Assembly (NCBI GenBank): GCA_964568855.1
Contig: CAZMSD010000001.1
Location: forward strand, 75,197-139,196
Reading direction: 5' to 3'
DNA from: an uncultured Bacteroidaceae bacterium
GTDB taxonomy: Bacteria > CAIWAD01
Length of the DNA: 64,000 nt
Part shown: piece after piece, positions 38,048 to 48,881 of the stretch
Layout of the letters: each line of letters begins with the position of its first letter
How positions within the stretch are numbered: the first letter of the stretch is position 1
The notes under the pieces: model-generated
Seen by the model: only the letters and a program-made list of their open reading frames with translations
Databases searched by the model: none
Told to the model about the DNA's origin: nothing
Made by a program: the position numbers and the translations under genes

Positions 38048-40168
38048 CTAGCGCAACAGCATGATCCTTCCGTGGAGTTCGACCGGATTCCCGCCGTCGT
38101 CCCCCAGGGACCGCAGGCGCAGCAGGTAGGTGCCGGATGCGTTTCCGCTGAGATCCAGCCGGGTGCTTGCGCCCTGCGCCCGCTGCTGAATGTGCAGGCG
38201 ACCGAGCAGGTCGTAAAGCTCTAGCCGCCAGGTTCTCCCGGCCCCGGCGGGCATTTGCACCTGAAAGGCCCCGTTCCCGGGATTGGGCCGGATCATGAGC
38301 ACTCTGTCCCAGGGATCCGAACTCCCTCCAGCACTCAGCCGGGTTTCGTCCAGCGGGGGCAGGGGCAGGTCCATCCAGCCCGCCTCCGAGACCAGGCGCA
38401 GGGAGTCCATCCAGACCTGCATCTCCCCGGTCATGGGCAGCCACTGCTCCCAGTCCGTGGTGCGGGGCGCCCCGTCCAGCAGCCCGGCCTGGATCAGCCG
38501 GCCGCCATCCTCGAGCATCAGCAGGCGGTCCGCGGCCCGCCGACAGAGCCGGGCGCAGGGAGGGGCCAGGTGCGGCTCGCTCCAATCCGCCAGGCAGCCC
38601 TGAGCGAGATCCCAGACCTCCAGGCCCTCGGGCAGGCAGAGCAGGAGGCGGTCCTCCACCACCAGCATATCTCCGCAGTCGTCGGGAAGCTCCCGGGAAT
38701 CGACCCACTGAGGACTCCAGGGATGCAGGCAGTCCACCAGGTGAACTTCCCCGCTGCCGCGGGCCGCCAGCCAGCGCAGGCCGGTCCGCAGCTCGCGAAT
38801 GCCGGGCAGGGTGATGGCCGATTGGAGCCAGGGCAGCTCTTCTCCGGTCCAGAAGCTGTAGAGGGAATCCTCGTCACAGGCCAGCAGGTAATCCTCGCGG
38901 GACATCGCGCAGACCAGTCCCTCCTGCGCGAGGGTTCCCAGGAGTGCCCCGCCTTCACTGAAGGCGAGAATCTCGTCTTCCAGGATCAACAGGGGACCGC
39001 CGCCGGCCCAGGCCAGGATCCGGGCATCGGGCCAGACGCCCACCGGGCGCGCTTCTCCGCCGGAGAGGCGCAGCAGCAGGCCTTCCGCCTGCAGCCTCCA
39101 TTCCGCGTCCCAGCGGAACTGCCGCTGCAGCGTGCGCAAGGGTCGTCGCCAGTGCCGCTCGTGGCTCCAGGCGTCGTCCCCGCCTCCCATCCAGCTCAAT
39201 AGATCCCGCCTGCAGCTGCCCTGAACCAGGATCCTCCGCTCGTCCAGGGGAAGCAGATCCGGCGGGTCTGCCACTTCGGGAGCGGGCGGCGGGGGACCAA
39301 GGCACTCGGGGGCGGGTTTGCCCTCCGGATGGCGCCAGAGCGCGCCCTGAGCGTCCTCGATCCAGGTCACGCAGGGCAGGGCCCACAGCCTGGTGAATTC
39401 AACGTCCTCCTCCAGGCGGTGGCGCGAGCCGGGTCCGCCCTCGTCCAGCTCGACCAGCCGGCCCTCGGCGTCCAGCAGCAGGACCTGCTTCTCCGCCGCA
39501 TACCAGCCGCGGTGCCCGGGAGGCAGTTCCCCTGCCAGGCGAAGGGTGCCGCGGTCCAAATAGTAGATCCTGAGGTCCAGGCGCAGCCAGAGCCGCCCCC
39601 CCGCTCCGCGCAGCTCCGGCGGCGAAGTCGGATCGGGCTGCCAGGGAGCCAGGGACAGCTGCTCGATGATCAGCGGCTGGAAATCCGCTTCCACCTTGAG
39701 CAGCCTCCCGGATTCCGCCACCCAGACATTGCGGCCGCCCTCGTCCGGCCAGTAGTCCACGATGGGGCCGCCGCACTGCCAGGTGGAGCACCAGCCGCCG
39801 GCGTTGAAGGCCCGCCAGGCTCCCGAGGCGCAGAGCATCCAGCAGCGGTCGCCCGGGGGCAGCGCCCCCAGCAACATGTCCGCGGTGGAGATCACGCGGA
39901 CTTCCTCGCCGGTGTTTCGCTCGATTTGGATATGTCGCAGACCCCAGGCGAATTCCAGCTCACCGCAGCTTTCCAGGCCCTGCCAGGCTTCGTTCCACTC
40001 GACAGCGCTTAGGGAGGTCGCCAGCAGCAGCCCCGCCCCCCGCAGGACCCAGCGCGGGCACTTTTCGACCGTGGCCTTCCTTCGCAGCGGATCTCCTCGC
40101 TCGACTGGTTCCTTCCAGCCGCTGCGGACGCCGCGCTCAACCGTTCCACCCCTTCCATTCCAGATCAT
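38048..40168 (-). CDS. secreted repeat (beta-propeller-like) hypothetical protein with C-terminal T9SS-type sorting domain
   Basis: C-terminal IRPNPGNGAFQV...GTYLLRLRSLGDDGGNPVELHGRIMLLR matches the Por secretion tail; Trp-rich internal repeats. Confidence 0.6.
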   Translation of the reverse strand: MIWNGRGGTVERGVRSGWKEPVERGDPLRRKATVEKCPRWVLRGAGLLLATSLSAVEWNEAWQGLESCGELEFAWGLRHIQIERNTGEEVRVISTADMLLGALPPGDRCWMLCASGAWRAFNAGGWCSTWQCGGPIVDYWPDEGGRNVWVAESGRLLKVEADFQPLIIEQLSLAPWQPDPTSPPELRGAGGRLWLRLDLRIYYLDRGTLRLAGELPPGHRGWYAAEKQVLLLDAEGRLVELDEGGPGSRHRLEEDVEFTRLWALPCVTWIEDAQGALWRHPEGKPAPECLGPPPPAPEVADPPDLLPLDERRILVQGSCRRDLLSWMGGGDDAWSHERHWRRPLRTLQRQFRWDAEWRLQAEGLLLRLSGGEARPVGVWPDARILAWAGGGPLLILEDEILAFSEGGALLGTLAQEGLVCAMSREDYLLACDEDSLYSFWTGEELPWLQSAITLPGIRELRTGLRWLAARGSGEVHLVDCLHPWSPQWVDSRELPDDCGDMLVVEDRLLLCLPEGLEVWDLAQGCLADWSEPHLAPPCARLCRRAADRLLMLEDGGRLIQAGLLDGAPRTTDWEQWLPMTGEMQVWMDSLRLVSEAGWMDLPLPPLDETRLSAGGSSDPWDRVLMIRPNPGNGAFQVQMPAGAGRTWRLELYDLLGRLHIQQRAQGASTRLDLSGNASGTYLLRLRSLGDDGGNPVELHGRIMLLR

Positions 40169-40244
40169 GGCGTGTTCCTCCTGGAGTTGATGTTTGTCCG
40201 AGGTTGGAGCGGGAGCACGGAAGACTGCCAGTTTCTCTTGTCCT

Positions 40245-42821
40245 TCACCTCCTTCGCCGAATGCCGCCGGGAAAAGTCCAGGGGATTACGCGACGCCAAT
40301 CGCGGATGCTCAAGCCTTCCCGGCGCAGCTCAAGCCAGACAGCGCCCTCCCGGTCGGTTCGCAGCACTTCCATACCACGCTGCTCGCAGCGATCGAGCAC
40401 CTCTTCGGCGGGGTGGCCGAAATGATTGTCCCTGCCGCAGGAAACCAGTCCCAGCCCTGCGCCCACCAGGTCCAGGAAAGAAGCGCCGCTGGAGGTCTTT
40501 GATCCGTGGTGACCGAGCTTGAGCACCCGGGCGCGCAGCCAGCCGCCCCAGCCTTCAAGCCAGACTTCCTCTCTTTCTCCGGCGTCGCCGGTCATCAGGA
40601 CACAGCCCGCCGGACACTCCAGGCGCAGGACCACGCTGCGGTCGTTGCCGGGACGGCAGATTCCCCGCGGCGGCGGCCCAAGCACCCTCAGGCATGCGCC
40701 GGGCTCCTTCAGCAGGACCATCCCCGGCACGGCCTCGCGGACAGGAATCGATCGCTCCCGCAGCAGAGCCCGGATCCTGCGGCAACTGCCCGTGTCGCGC
40801 CATTCGCCGTTCGTCAGCACGCTGTCCACGGGCAGGGTACGCAGCAGCACCTCCGCGCCGCCGATGTGGTCCTGGTCCGGGTGGGTAAGCACCAGCCAGT
40901 CCAGACCCTCCGGCGCCAGGGTCGCCAGGGCGGGCAGCAAGCGCTGCTTGCCCGCGTCCCAGCCGCCGCCGGGGCGGCGGTAACCGGCATCCACCAGGAT
41001 CCGCGCGCCGCCCGGGCTGCGAATCAGCGTGGCATCGCCCTGGCCCACGTCGAAGAACACCAGCTCCGTGCACCGGGACGCGCTCAGCCGCGGTCCCAGG
41101 TCGGCGGCGGTCAGCAACAGCGCCAGCGCGGAAACCATCCTCAGGCGCATGCGCAGGATCCCCTGCAGGGCCGGCAGCAGCAGCCCGGCGCCCAGCAGCA
41201 GGGCCTGCAGCGGAGCGGGCTTCCAGTGCAGCACGGGAGCGGTGCTCCCGGCGCCCCACCGCGCCAGCGTGTCCAGCCAGGACAGCAGAAGCTCCAGCAG
41301 CGCCGCCGCGGGCTCCCCGGGCAGCGGCAGGCAGAGGTGCAGGAGACCCGTCACCAGCAGGGCCGCCGTCAACGGTATCGCGCCCAGGTTGAGCAGGATC
41401 CCCGCCGGGGGCAGGCGGCCGAAGTGATACAGGAGCGGGGCGGCCGTGGCCAAGCTGACCGCCAGGCTGGCCGCCAGGGAACTCAGCGCCCAGCGACAGA
41501 TCCTCTGGAGCACCCTCCCCAGGGCCGCCCGTGGAGAGCTTGCGGGCGTTCCGGAGCTCCGGCGACCGGCCCGTATTCGTTCTTTTTCGGGCAGCAGCCG
41601 CTGGAAGATCGGCCCCATCCTGAGCAGGCCGAAGACGGCCAGGTAGGAGAGCTGAAATCCGGCCGACTGCAAGGTCGCCGGGTGGACCAGCAGGGCGCAG
41701 ACCGCGCTGAGCAGCAGGGCCTGTTCAGCGTCCTGCGGCCGCTCCAGGATCCTCCCGGCCAGCAGCAGGCTGGCCATCCCCACGGCGCGCAGTACACTTG
41801 GCCTGGCGCCGCAGAGGGGCACGTAAGCCCAGAGAATCAGCAGCAGCAACAGGCCCCGGACCTTGACCGGCAGGGGCGACAGGGCCAGCAGGAGCTCGAA
41901 GCAGAGCGCCAGCAGGCCCACGTGCAGCCCGGAAACCGCCAGGAGATGGGCCAGCCCGCTGTGCCGATAGTCCTCCCGGCGATCCTGTTCGAGCCCACCG
42001 CGCCGCCCCAGCAGCACCGCCTTGAGGAAGGACGCCGTCCCCGGCCGCAGGCCGCGCTCGATCCTGCGGCCCAGCCATTCTCGCAGCTTCTCGAAACCCA
42101 GTCCCATCGCCAGATCCGGTGAGAGCCGGGAGGAACCGCAGTACTCGAGTCCGCCCGCCGCTTCGGACGACAAGCTACCCAGCAGTCCCTGGCCCTGATG
42201 GATCCTCCGCCAGTCGGGCGCCCCCGGGTTGGCCGGCGGCCCCGGCGCCCGCCAGGGAACTTCGTCCCCGGAATCCTCGTAGCTGTCCCGACAGGCATAG
42301 AGTCCACCCGGACACAGCTCGTCACCATCCTCTCCCTGGCGCAGGCGCAGTTTCCCGGGCAGCCTGCTCCAGGTTCCAGGACCGTTGCGCCGCCAGGCCT
42401 CTGCCACCCAGTTCCGGCCGCCCTCGGCGCGGAGTTCGCAGCGCAGGGGCACCAGAAACAGGGACCTGCCGCTCTTTTCAAGGGCTGGTGGACTTGTCCT
42501 GCCCAGCGGAGCCGCAGGACCGTGCAGGCAGACGATCACCAGGGCCAGCAGCAAGCCCGCGCACAGGTCACCAATCGCCCCCCTCGCGCGCCAGGTGGCC
42601 AGCGCCAGTAAGAGCGTCAGCGCCCAGCAGGGAATCGCCGGAGGATTGAGTTCGGGCCGGAGGGCCAGCAGGGCTCCGACAAGCGCCCAGGGCAGCAGCC
42701 AGCCGGCCGGACTGAAGGCGCGCGGACCGGCCGGCGCGAACTCGGCGCCGCCTGCATTCGCCTGCTCCCGGGATCCGGACCTGCGCCGGAGGATCGAGGA
42801 TTTCCCAACCGGCACGGTCAC
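40245..42821 (-). CDS. comEC: DNA internalization-related competence protein ComEC/Rec2
   Basis: Polytopic N-terminal competence domain plus C-terminal metallo-beta-lactamase domain (LVLTHPDQDHIGGA...HHGS). Confidence 0.85.
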   Translation of the reverse strand: MTVPVGKSSILRRRSGSREQANAGGAEFAPAGPRAFSPAGWLLPWALVGALLALRPELNPPAIPCWALTLLLALATWRARGAIGDLCAGLLLALVIVCLHGPAAPLGRTSPPALEKSGRSLFLVPLRCELRAEGGRNWVAEAWRRNGPGTWSRLPGKLRLRQGEDGDELCPGGLYACRDSYEDSGDEVPWRAPGPPANPGAPDWRRIHQGQGLLGSLSSEAAGGLEYCGSSRLSPDLAMGLGFEKLREWLGRRIERGLRPGTASFLKAVLLGRRGGLEQDRREDYRHSGLAHLLAVSGLHVGLLALCFELLLALSPLPVKVRGLLLLLILWAYVPLCGARPSVLRAVGMASLLLAGRILERPQDAEQALLLSAVCALLVHPATLQSAGFQLSYLAVFGLLRMGPIFQRLLPEKERIRAGRRSSGTPASSPRAALGRVLQRICRWALSSLAASLAVSLATAAPLLYHFGRLPPAGILLNLGAIPLTAALLVTGLLHLCLPLPGEPAAALLELLLSWLDTLARWGAGSTAPVLHWKPAPLQALLLGAGLLLPALQGILRMRLRMVSALALLLTAADLGPRLSASRCTELVFFDVGQGDATLIRSPGGARILVDAGYRRPGGGWDAGKQRLLPALATLAPEGLDWLVLTHPDQDHIGGAEVLLRTLPVDSVLTNGEWRDTGSCRRIRALLRERSIPVREAVPGMVLLKEPGACLRVLGPPPRGICRPGNDRSVVLRLECPAGCVLMTGDAGEREEVWLEGWGGWLRARVLKLGHHGSKTSSGASFLDLVGAGLGLVSCGRDNHFGHPAEEVLDRCEQRGMEVLRTDREGAVWLELRREGLSIRDWRRVIPWTFPGGIRRRR

Positions 42822-42985
42822 CTGAACCCTTCGTCTTTACCAGCGGCGGAGCATCCAAGGCAAGACGCGGGCCAGGGCCGCAGGACGAGAACATGGGCTT
42901 TGCCCGGGAATGGCGCGGCGATTCTGAAAAGGAAGAAAGGAACCTCAGAATCGAGATTCAGGGTGGGATTCGCGACGAGCGGAAC

Positions 42986-43474
42986 TCAGAGGATCCCCGC
43001 CGATGCGGACGAGCGCGGATCGGTGAGCAGCAGTTCCGGTGGGCAGATATTCTCGTGGAGCACGATGCGCGGCGGCCGGCGATTCAATTCCACGGTCAGC
43101 AGGTCGATCAGCACTTCGTTCCAAGCGTATCCGGCTTGCGCCGCGCCACGCTCTGCGAGCCACTGTTCGAGAGTCCGCAGCAGGCGCAGCAGCTTGCGCC
43201 GGTCCAATCGCTGCATCAACTCCCCGGGGCCACTGTCGGAGCGGCTCCCGCACTTCACTTCCACGAGATGCAATTCACGGTCCCGGCAGGCCAGGATGTC
43301 CAGTTCGCCCTGGTACCTGCGCCGGTAATTACGGTGCAGCACGCGGAAGCCCCGGCGGCGCAGCCAGCGGACGGCATGGCCCTCTCCCGCGGCGCCGAGG
43401 GCGCGATGCGGAATTCCCCGAGGCCTTCCGCTCGATTGGTCCGGACTTCTGCGCCTGGGACTTCTTTCGCTCAT
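42986..43474 (-). CDS. yraN: YraN family (UPF0102) endonuclease-like protein
   Basis: GEGHAVRWLRRRGFRVLHRNYRRRYGELDILA...LHLVEVK core. Start chosen at MSERS; the track ORF carries a 71-aa N-terminal extension I do not trust. Confidence 0.55.
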   Translation of the reverse strand: MSERSPRRRSPDQSSGRPRGIPHRALGAAGEGHAVRWLRRRGFRVLHRNYRRRYQGELDILACRDRELHLVEVKCGSRSDSGPGELMQRLDRRKLLRLLRTLEQWLAERGAAQAGYAWNEVLIDLLTVELNRRPPRIVLHENICPPELLLTDPRSSASAGIL

Positions 43475-43586
43475 ACAGGGAGAATCGTCCCGCCGGGCGG
43501 GCGGTTCCCGCCCTCGCATCTCCCGGGGCATTACGGGGTGGGAACGTATGCGGAGCTTGACGGATGCAAGCTCCCGCGACAAACTT

Positions 43587-46500
43587 CTAGGGCCCGGCGA
43601 CCCGGAAACTGCGCGAGGGAGACGGGGTTTCCCTGCCCGTCCCGTCAATGGCCACCACCCGCCAGCTGTAATCGCCGGCTTCGCCAAGTTCCAGCTCCGC
43701 CTGGGTGTCCCCTGTCATCCGCTGGATCGGGCCTTCCTGGTCGCGGCTGACTTCGAGGCGGTAGCGCACGCGGTCCCCGGGATCGGGATCCTCCGCCGCG
43801 CTCCAGCTGAAGGTGGCGCCGCCCCGCAGCTCCCGTCCATCGGCCGGCGACCTGAGTTCGGGAGCACCGGGCGCTTCCTGCTGGGCGTCGACCACGTAGT
43901 GCACGGCCGGGCACCAGTCGCTGGCGGCTTGTCCCTGGTCGTAGGCCCGGGCCCGCAGCCAGCGCTCGTGGTTCTCGCGCACCCGCACCTGGCCCTGCCC
44001 CGCAGAGGCCGGGAAGCGCTTGGTCACGAGTACCTGGCCGAAAGCCCGGTCGGCCGCGATCTCGATTTCCACGCCAAGTTCCTGTGGTCGGCGATCGGGA
44101 TCCTTCGGCGGGGACCAGCGGACCAGGGGTTCGTTCTCGCGCATCTTGCCCGAGGCCGGGCTCAGCTTTCCCTGCCAGCCGGGAGCTTCGTTCAAGGCGT
44201 CCCAGACGATACCCAGCATGTTGCTCCAGACCCCGGTGATTCCCTGGTCGTCGCGAGCCCGCACACGGAGGAAGGCCTCGCCGTTCTCCGTCAAGCGCGA
44301 GGCCAGACGTCCCGCGGAGAGCCGCGTGGAGGAGGTCTCCACGGTCGTCGCGTCGGCGAAGGAGCGCCCCCGGGCGGCCTGGACCTCGTATACGAGCACG
44401 TCGTTCGGATCCGGATCAACGGCCGCGTTCCAGCTCAGTTCGTCTTCCGAGCCGAGTATCACACCGTCCACACCCGCGAGCTGGACCGCACCCGGCGTCG
44501 TGTCCACGGTGAAGGAGGCCGGCTGGGAAGCGGATTCCAGGCCGGTTTCGTCCACCGCCACCACGCGCAGCAAGTAAGAGGCGCCGTTCTCCAGGGCCTG
44601 ATTCCAGCGCAGGTCCGTCTCCTCGGTTTCGCGTACGGACGCCCTGCCGGCTCCAGCCCGATCCAGCTCGAGCCGGTAGCTGAGCTTCGCATCCACGTCC
44701 GGATCCTGGGAAGGACTGAAACGCACGTGCAGACCGTCCAGGTCGAAGTGTGATACGCGGTTGGCCGGGATCAGCAGCCCGGGAGCCGTGGGCGGATCGT
44801 CGGCGAGGTTGACCACCAGGCGCAGGGTCTCGCTCCAGGCGGAGGCGCTGCCCTCGTCGTCGGTTGCACGCAGGCGCAGGAACCAGCGGGTGTTGTCGCT
44901 GAGATTGAGGCCGCTGACGGCGGCGACTCCGGGCGGGATCCGCAGCACCTGGGGATTCCTGAAATCGCCGCTGGTGGCGAACTGCAGCTCGTGGCCCAGG
45001 GATTCGGGCGGATCCGAGGGATCGGGGTCCGCGGCGCCTCCGAAAGGCAGCTGCGGCGACTGCTGCTGCCAGACTGCGTTGTCCGCAAGGTCCGAGCTGA
45101 AATGCGGCGCGCCCGGCGCTTCGTTCACGCGGTTGAACCAGAAGGCGCCCCCCGTGCCCTCGGCGCTCAGGCCGTGCGGATCCCGGGCGATCACCTTCCA
45201 GCCCAGGCGGATGTTGTCCTCGAGCCCCTTGACGCCGGGCAGCTGGCCCAGAACCACGTTCGTCCCCGGAAAGCCTTCCACCTCGACCAGCGGCCGCCCG
45301 CCGGGATCCGTCAGCAGGACCGTGTAAGCCAGGCGGTCGTTGGGATTCGGATCGCGGGAGGCCTCCCAGCTCAGGTGGTCGTCCAATCCCAGCTCCTCCG
45401 CCATCGGCGCCGGCACCGGGGGACTGGGATGGCTGTCCACACTGATTCGGTGAACCGGGGCGAGGGTTTCGAGTCCCGTGTCGTCCACCGCCCGCAGGCG
45501 CACCCAGTAGTCCCGGCGGCTCTCCAGGGCCAGCCGGGGCTCGGCCGTGGTATTGGAGGTCTCACCGCGGGCCACCAGCTGGCTGAAAGCTTCGTCTCCG
45601 GCCACTTCCCAGAAGTAGGTCAGGCTGGAATTCCAGTCCGGATCCTCGCTGGCCGCCCAGACCAGGAACATCCGGTCCAGGAGATAGGGCCGGGAACCGG
45701 AGGCGGGTTCCTGGATCACGAAGGGCGCCGGTGGATCCTCGCCCCGATTGTAGACGAAGCTCTGCAGGGGTGACCATTCCGAGGCGGCTCCCTCGTCGTC
45801 GCGGGCCTGGACCCGCCAGTGCCAGAGCTGGTTGTCGGGGATCAGCGAGCCCGCGTCGAGTCGCGTGTCGGGCCCCAGAATGCGCTCGATGATCTCGCCG
45901 CTGAAATCTTCGCTGGCGGCGAGCTGCACCGCGTAGCGCAGGGTATGGGGTGGATCGCTGTGGTCGGTATCGCTCGAGGGCTGCCAGAGCAGGGGCGGCA
46001 ATTCCGTCACCGTGATACCTTCGCCCGGGCTCAGCCCGGACTCGGGACGGCTGGGCGGGTCGTTGCGCCGGTTGAACCAGAAGGCCTTGACCTTGGACCA
46101 CTCGGAGGCGGCGCCGTGGTTGTCCACCGCCCGCAGGCGCCAGAAGTATCGCCGGTCGTCGCTGAGCAGCCGGGCTTCGGGGTAGGCGTCGATGCCGGTG
46201 ACAGCCAGGTCCTGAACGGTCAGGTCGCGCCAGAAGACCAGCGGCCGGTCGAAGTCTCCGTCCCCGCTGAGCTGGATCTCGTAGCTCAGGCGATCCTCCG
46301 GCCAGGGATCGGTACTCTCCGTGATACGGAAGACCTCGTCCGCCCGGATCTCTTTGTCGTCCTCGGGAAACAGGGCCACCGGCCGGCTGGGAGTGGTGTC
46401 CACCAGGATCTCGCGGGCCTGCGCGGCGCGTTGCGAGCGGCCGGTGTTGTCCACCGCCTCGACCGTCCAGTACAAGCGGCTTAGATTCGCGATCTCGCCG

Positions 46501-48881
46501 GGCCGCTGGAACTCGAGCGCTTCCAGGCCCGTCACACGCTCAGCCTCTCCCAGATCCTGCCGGCTGCTCAGCAGGAATGTATAGCTCACGCTGGAGCCGG
46601 GATCGGGATCCCGGGCTTCCTCCCAGCGAAAGAGGGGTGATACATCGGCGATCCGGCCCTCCGGCTCGAGCAGGCCGAAGACCGCGGGCGCCTGCTCCAC
46701 GGGATTGAGGTAGAAGTGCCTCGCCGCGCTCCATTCGCCCGTCTCGTAACCGTCGTAGACCCGAACGCGCCAGTAGTAGCTCCCGTTGTCCTGCAGGTCG
46801 ATTTCGGGCGACCAGCGAGGCTCGATCTGCGCCTGCCGGTCGCTGGAGGCTACGACCTGCCTGAAGTACTCGGATGGCGAGACCTGGAACTCGTAGTACA
46901 CGGGATCACCTTCCAGGTCGGCGACCGCATCCACGGACAGGCCGGGCCTGGTCACCGGCAGGATGCTCTCCTCCGCCGGCTGCAGCAGCGCCGGTACCGG
47001 GGGCAGCGAATTCAACCGGAAGCTGAACTCCGGATTGTCGCTGCGCACCATGAAGGTGCGCCAGGCCGACCAGGCTCCGCCGCCCTTGATCCGCATGCGG
47101 AAGAAATAGCGCTCCCCGTCGCGCAGGTCGCTGCCCGCGTAGGTCGCTTCGCGGGATCCGGCGCCCGTGGTCCTCTCCCCGGAATCCCATTGATCGGGAG
47201 GATCGAAGAGCGAATCCCCGCCGACCTGCAGTTGCCAGGCCTGCTGCGCGTGTCCCAGCAGGTCGAAGTACTCCCAGCTCACCCGCAGTTGATGCTCGAT
47301 CAGGTGCGTCGGGTCCGGGTCGCTGACGATGGCCATGTCGTGGACCACCGGCCGAGCCAGGTCGACGCGGTAGAGCTGCTTGGCCTTCTCCTCCACCGCG
47401 CTGACCAGCAGGAGATGCTCGCCCACCAGGGGCCAGATCACGGGGATCTCCGTGTCGGCCTCGCGTGATACATAGAACTTGGCGCGGAACACGCCGCTGG
47501 CAGCGTCCGTCTCCAACAGGATCAGGGTCAGGCGCTGGTCGGGGCGCTCGAGTACGCTCGCTACCACCGCGGTCTGGTCCACGGCGTATGGATTGCGGTC
47601 CACCGCGCGGATCTCCACGCGGGCCAGGCATGTCTCCACCAGGTCGAAGGAGAGCGTATCGGCCCAGCTCTTGTCGGTCAGCACCTGCAGGCTGTGGATC
47701 TCCACCGGCTGGGTCAGCAGGTTCTCCGGCGGCTTGTCCAGCCAGGGATCCGCCGTGACCCTGGATTCACGCCCCCGTGCGCGCTGGTGGATCTTGGTGT
47801 CGATCAGCAGCGGATTCTCGGTGCCCCACCAGTTTTCGCTGAGATCCAGGTCGTAGCTCAGGTTGAGGCCCAGGACTTCAATTTCTCCTGAAAGCAGGGA
47901 ATTGCCGCGCACCTCGGGCTGGCAGTCGGACTGGAAAACGATGCCCGTGCTGCGCTCCTGCGCCCGGTGCTGAAACAGGGCGTTGTCGAGCACCCGCGGC
48001 GAGGAGCTCGAAATGAACATGGCGCCCCCGTACATCCCGGCGGCGTTGTCGATCAGGGCGTTCTGGCTGATCACGGGCGAGGAGACTGAGACGTAGATTC
48101 CCCCGCCGTTTCTGGCGGAGACATTGTGCACGATGAAGTTGCGGCTGATCACCGCGTCGCTGTAGAAGAAGCAATAGATCGCCCCGCCGTCGTCCAGCAG
48201 GGCTTCGTTCTCCTCGAAAGTGCAGCCCTCGATCAGGGGCGTGGCGAAGTTGTGACACACGACGCCGCCGCCGCGCTCCGCCGCGTTGTCGCGAAACAGG
48301 CAGTCCCGGACGACGGGCGCGCTGCCGTTGAGATACAAGGCGCCGCCGTCGTACTCCACGTCGGGCACCAGGCCGCCGCCCAGGAAATCGCAGCTCAGCA
48401 GGCGGCTGCCGCCGCCCTCGATGTAGTTGTAGTCGCCGTCGTAACTGGGCAGGTCCTTGTTGCCGATGATCTTCAGGTTGCCCCAGCGCAGACCCTCGTC
48501 GAGCGCCCGGAAGACGATCCGCTCGCGCCGCTCGCCCAGGGCCTGGATCTCGCCTTCCACAACGATGCAGGCCCCCTCGCCCAACCGGAACTCCACGCCC
48601 GGCTCGATGGACAGGATCAGGCCCTCGGGAACGCGCAGTCCCTGCCGGACGAGCACGGGCGAGTCGGCGGCGTTCAGGTGCAGATCCGTCGGCAGGTCGC
48701 CGTCCAGGTCGCGGGCCCAGGGCGAACCCGCCAGCAGGACGAACGCCGGGATGAAGAACGCCAGCCGCCCGGAGCCCCGCAGCCTTCGCCGGTCTCCGCA
48801 GTCGAACCGCCGCCCTGCGGCGCGGCAGGTCATCCACCAGGAACTTCTCGCGAACATGATACCCCCGAGATCTGCGGTCAC
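43587..48881 (-). CDS. giant secreted surface protein: N-terminal parallel beta-helix domain followed by ~11 fibronectin type III-like repeats
   Basis: Repeated ~100-aa modules each ending in the (Y/W)xWR(V/L)RAxDxxGxxSxWS ... PP motif. N-terminal Gly/Asn-rich beta-helix turns. Start uncertain (several in-frame M near the 5' end). Confidence 0.7.
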   Translation of the reverse strand: MTADLGGIMFARSSWWMTCRAAGRRFDCGDRRRLRGSGRLAFFIPAFVLLAGSPWARDLDGDLPTDLHLNAADSPVLVRQGLRVPEGLILSIEPGVEFRLGEGACIVVEGEIQALGERRERIVFRALDEGLRWGNLKIIGNKDLPSYDGDYNYIEGGGSRLLSCDFLGGGLVPDVEYDGGALYLNGSAPVVRDCLFRDNAAERGGGVVCHNFATPLIEGCTFEENEALLDDGGAIYCFFYSDAVISRNFIVHNVSARNGGGIYVSVSSPVISQNALIDNAAGMYGGAMFISSSSPRVLDNALFQHRAQERSTGIVFQSDCQPEVRGNSLLSGEIEVLGLNLSYDLDLSENWWGTENPLLIDTKIHQRARGRESRVTADPWLDKPPENLLTQPVEIHSLQVLTDKSWADTLSFDLVETCLARVEIRAVDRNPYAVDQTAVVASVLERPDQRLTLILLETDAASGVFRAKFYVSREADTEIPVIWPLVGEHLLLVSAVEEKAKQLYRVDLARPVVHDMAIVSDPDPTHLIEHQLRVSWEYFDLLGHAQQAWQLQVGGDSLFDPPDQWDSGERTTGAGSREATYAGSDLRDGERYFFRMRIKGGGAWSAWRTFMVRSDNPEFSFRLNSLPPVPALLQPAEESILPVTRPGLSVDAVADLEGDPVYYEFQVSPSEYFRQVVASSDRQAQIEPRWSPEIDLQDNGSYYWRVRVYDGYETGEWSAARHFYLNPVEQAPAVFGLLEPEGRIADVSPLFRWEEARDPDPGSSVSYTFLLSSRQDLGEAERVTGLEALEFQRPGEIANLSRLYWTVEAVDNTGRSQRAAQAREILVDTTPSRPVALFPEDDKEIRADEVFRITESTDPWPEDRLSYEIQLSGDGDFDRPLVFWRDLTVQDLAVTGIDAYPEARLLSDDRRYFWRLRAVDNHGAASEWSKVKAFWFNRRNDPPSRPESGLSPGEGITVTELPPLLWQPSSDTDHSDPPHTLRYAVQLAASEDFSGEIIERILGPDTRLDAGSLIPDNQLWHWRVQARDDEGAASEWSPLQSFVYNRGEDPPAPFVIQEPASGSRPYLLDRMFLVWAASEDPDWNSSLTYFWEVAGDEAFSQLVARGETSNTTAEPRLALESRRDYWVRLRAVDDTGLETLAPVHRISVDSHPSPPVPAPMAEELGLDDHLSWEASRDPNPNDRLAYTVLLTDPGGRPLVEVEGFPGTNVVLGQLPGVKGLEDNIRLGWKVIARDPHGLSAEGTGGAFWFNRVNEAPGAPHFSSDLADNAVWQQQSPQLPFGGAADPDPSDPPESLGHELQFATSGDFRNPQVLRIPPGVAAVSGLNLSDNTRWFLRLRATDDEGSASAWSETLRLVVNLADDPPTAPGLLIPANRVSHFDLDGLHVRFSPSQDPDVDAKLSYRLELDRAGAGRASVRETEETDLRWNQALENGASYLLRVVAVDETGLESASQPASFTVDTTPGAVQLAGVDGVILGSEDELSWNAAVDPDPNDVLVYEVQAARGRSFADATTVETSSTRLSAGRLASRLTENGEAFLRVRARDDQGITGVWSNMLGIVWDALNEAPGWQGKLSPASGKMRENEPLVRWSPPKDPDRRPQELGVEIEIAADRAFGQVLVTKRFPASAGQGQVRVRENHERWLRARAYDQGQAASDWCPAVHYVVDAQQEAPGAPELRSPADGRELRGGATFSWSAAEDPDPGDRVRYRLEVSRDQEGPIQRMTGDTQAELELGEAGDYSWRVVAIDGTGRETPSPSRSFRVAGP

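Noticed and set aside
40506-42122. 538-aa plus ORF; similar long ORFs at 49601..51265(+), 62669..63439(+), 9362..10675(+)
   Set aside because: All are antisense to well-supported genes (comEC, S8 protease, histidine kinase, beta-helix protein) and have biased low-complexity translations.
42986-43687. Full 233-aa track ORF for yraN
   Set aside because: The first 71 codons are Arg/Pro-rich with no similarity to YraN proteins. They lie in the comEC upstream region, so the gene was shortened to the MSERS start. Confidence in the exact start remains low.
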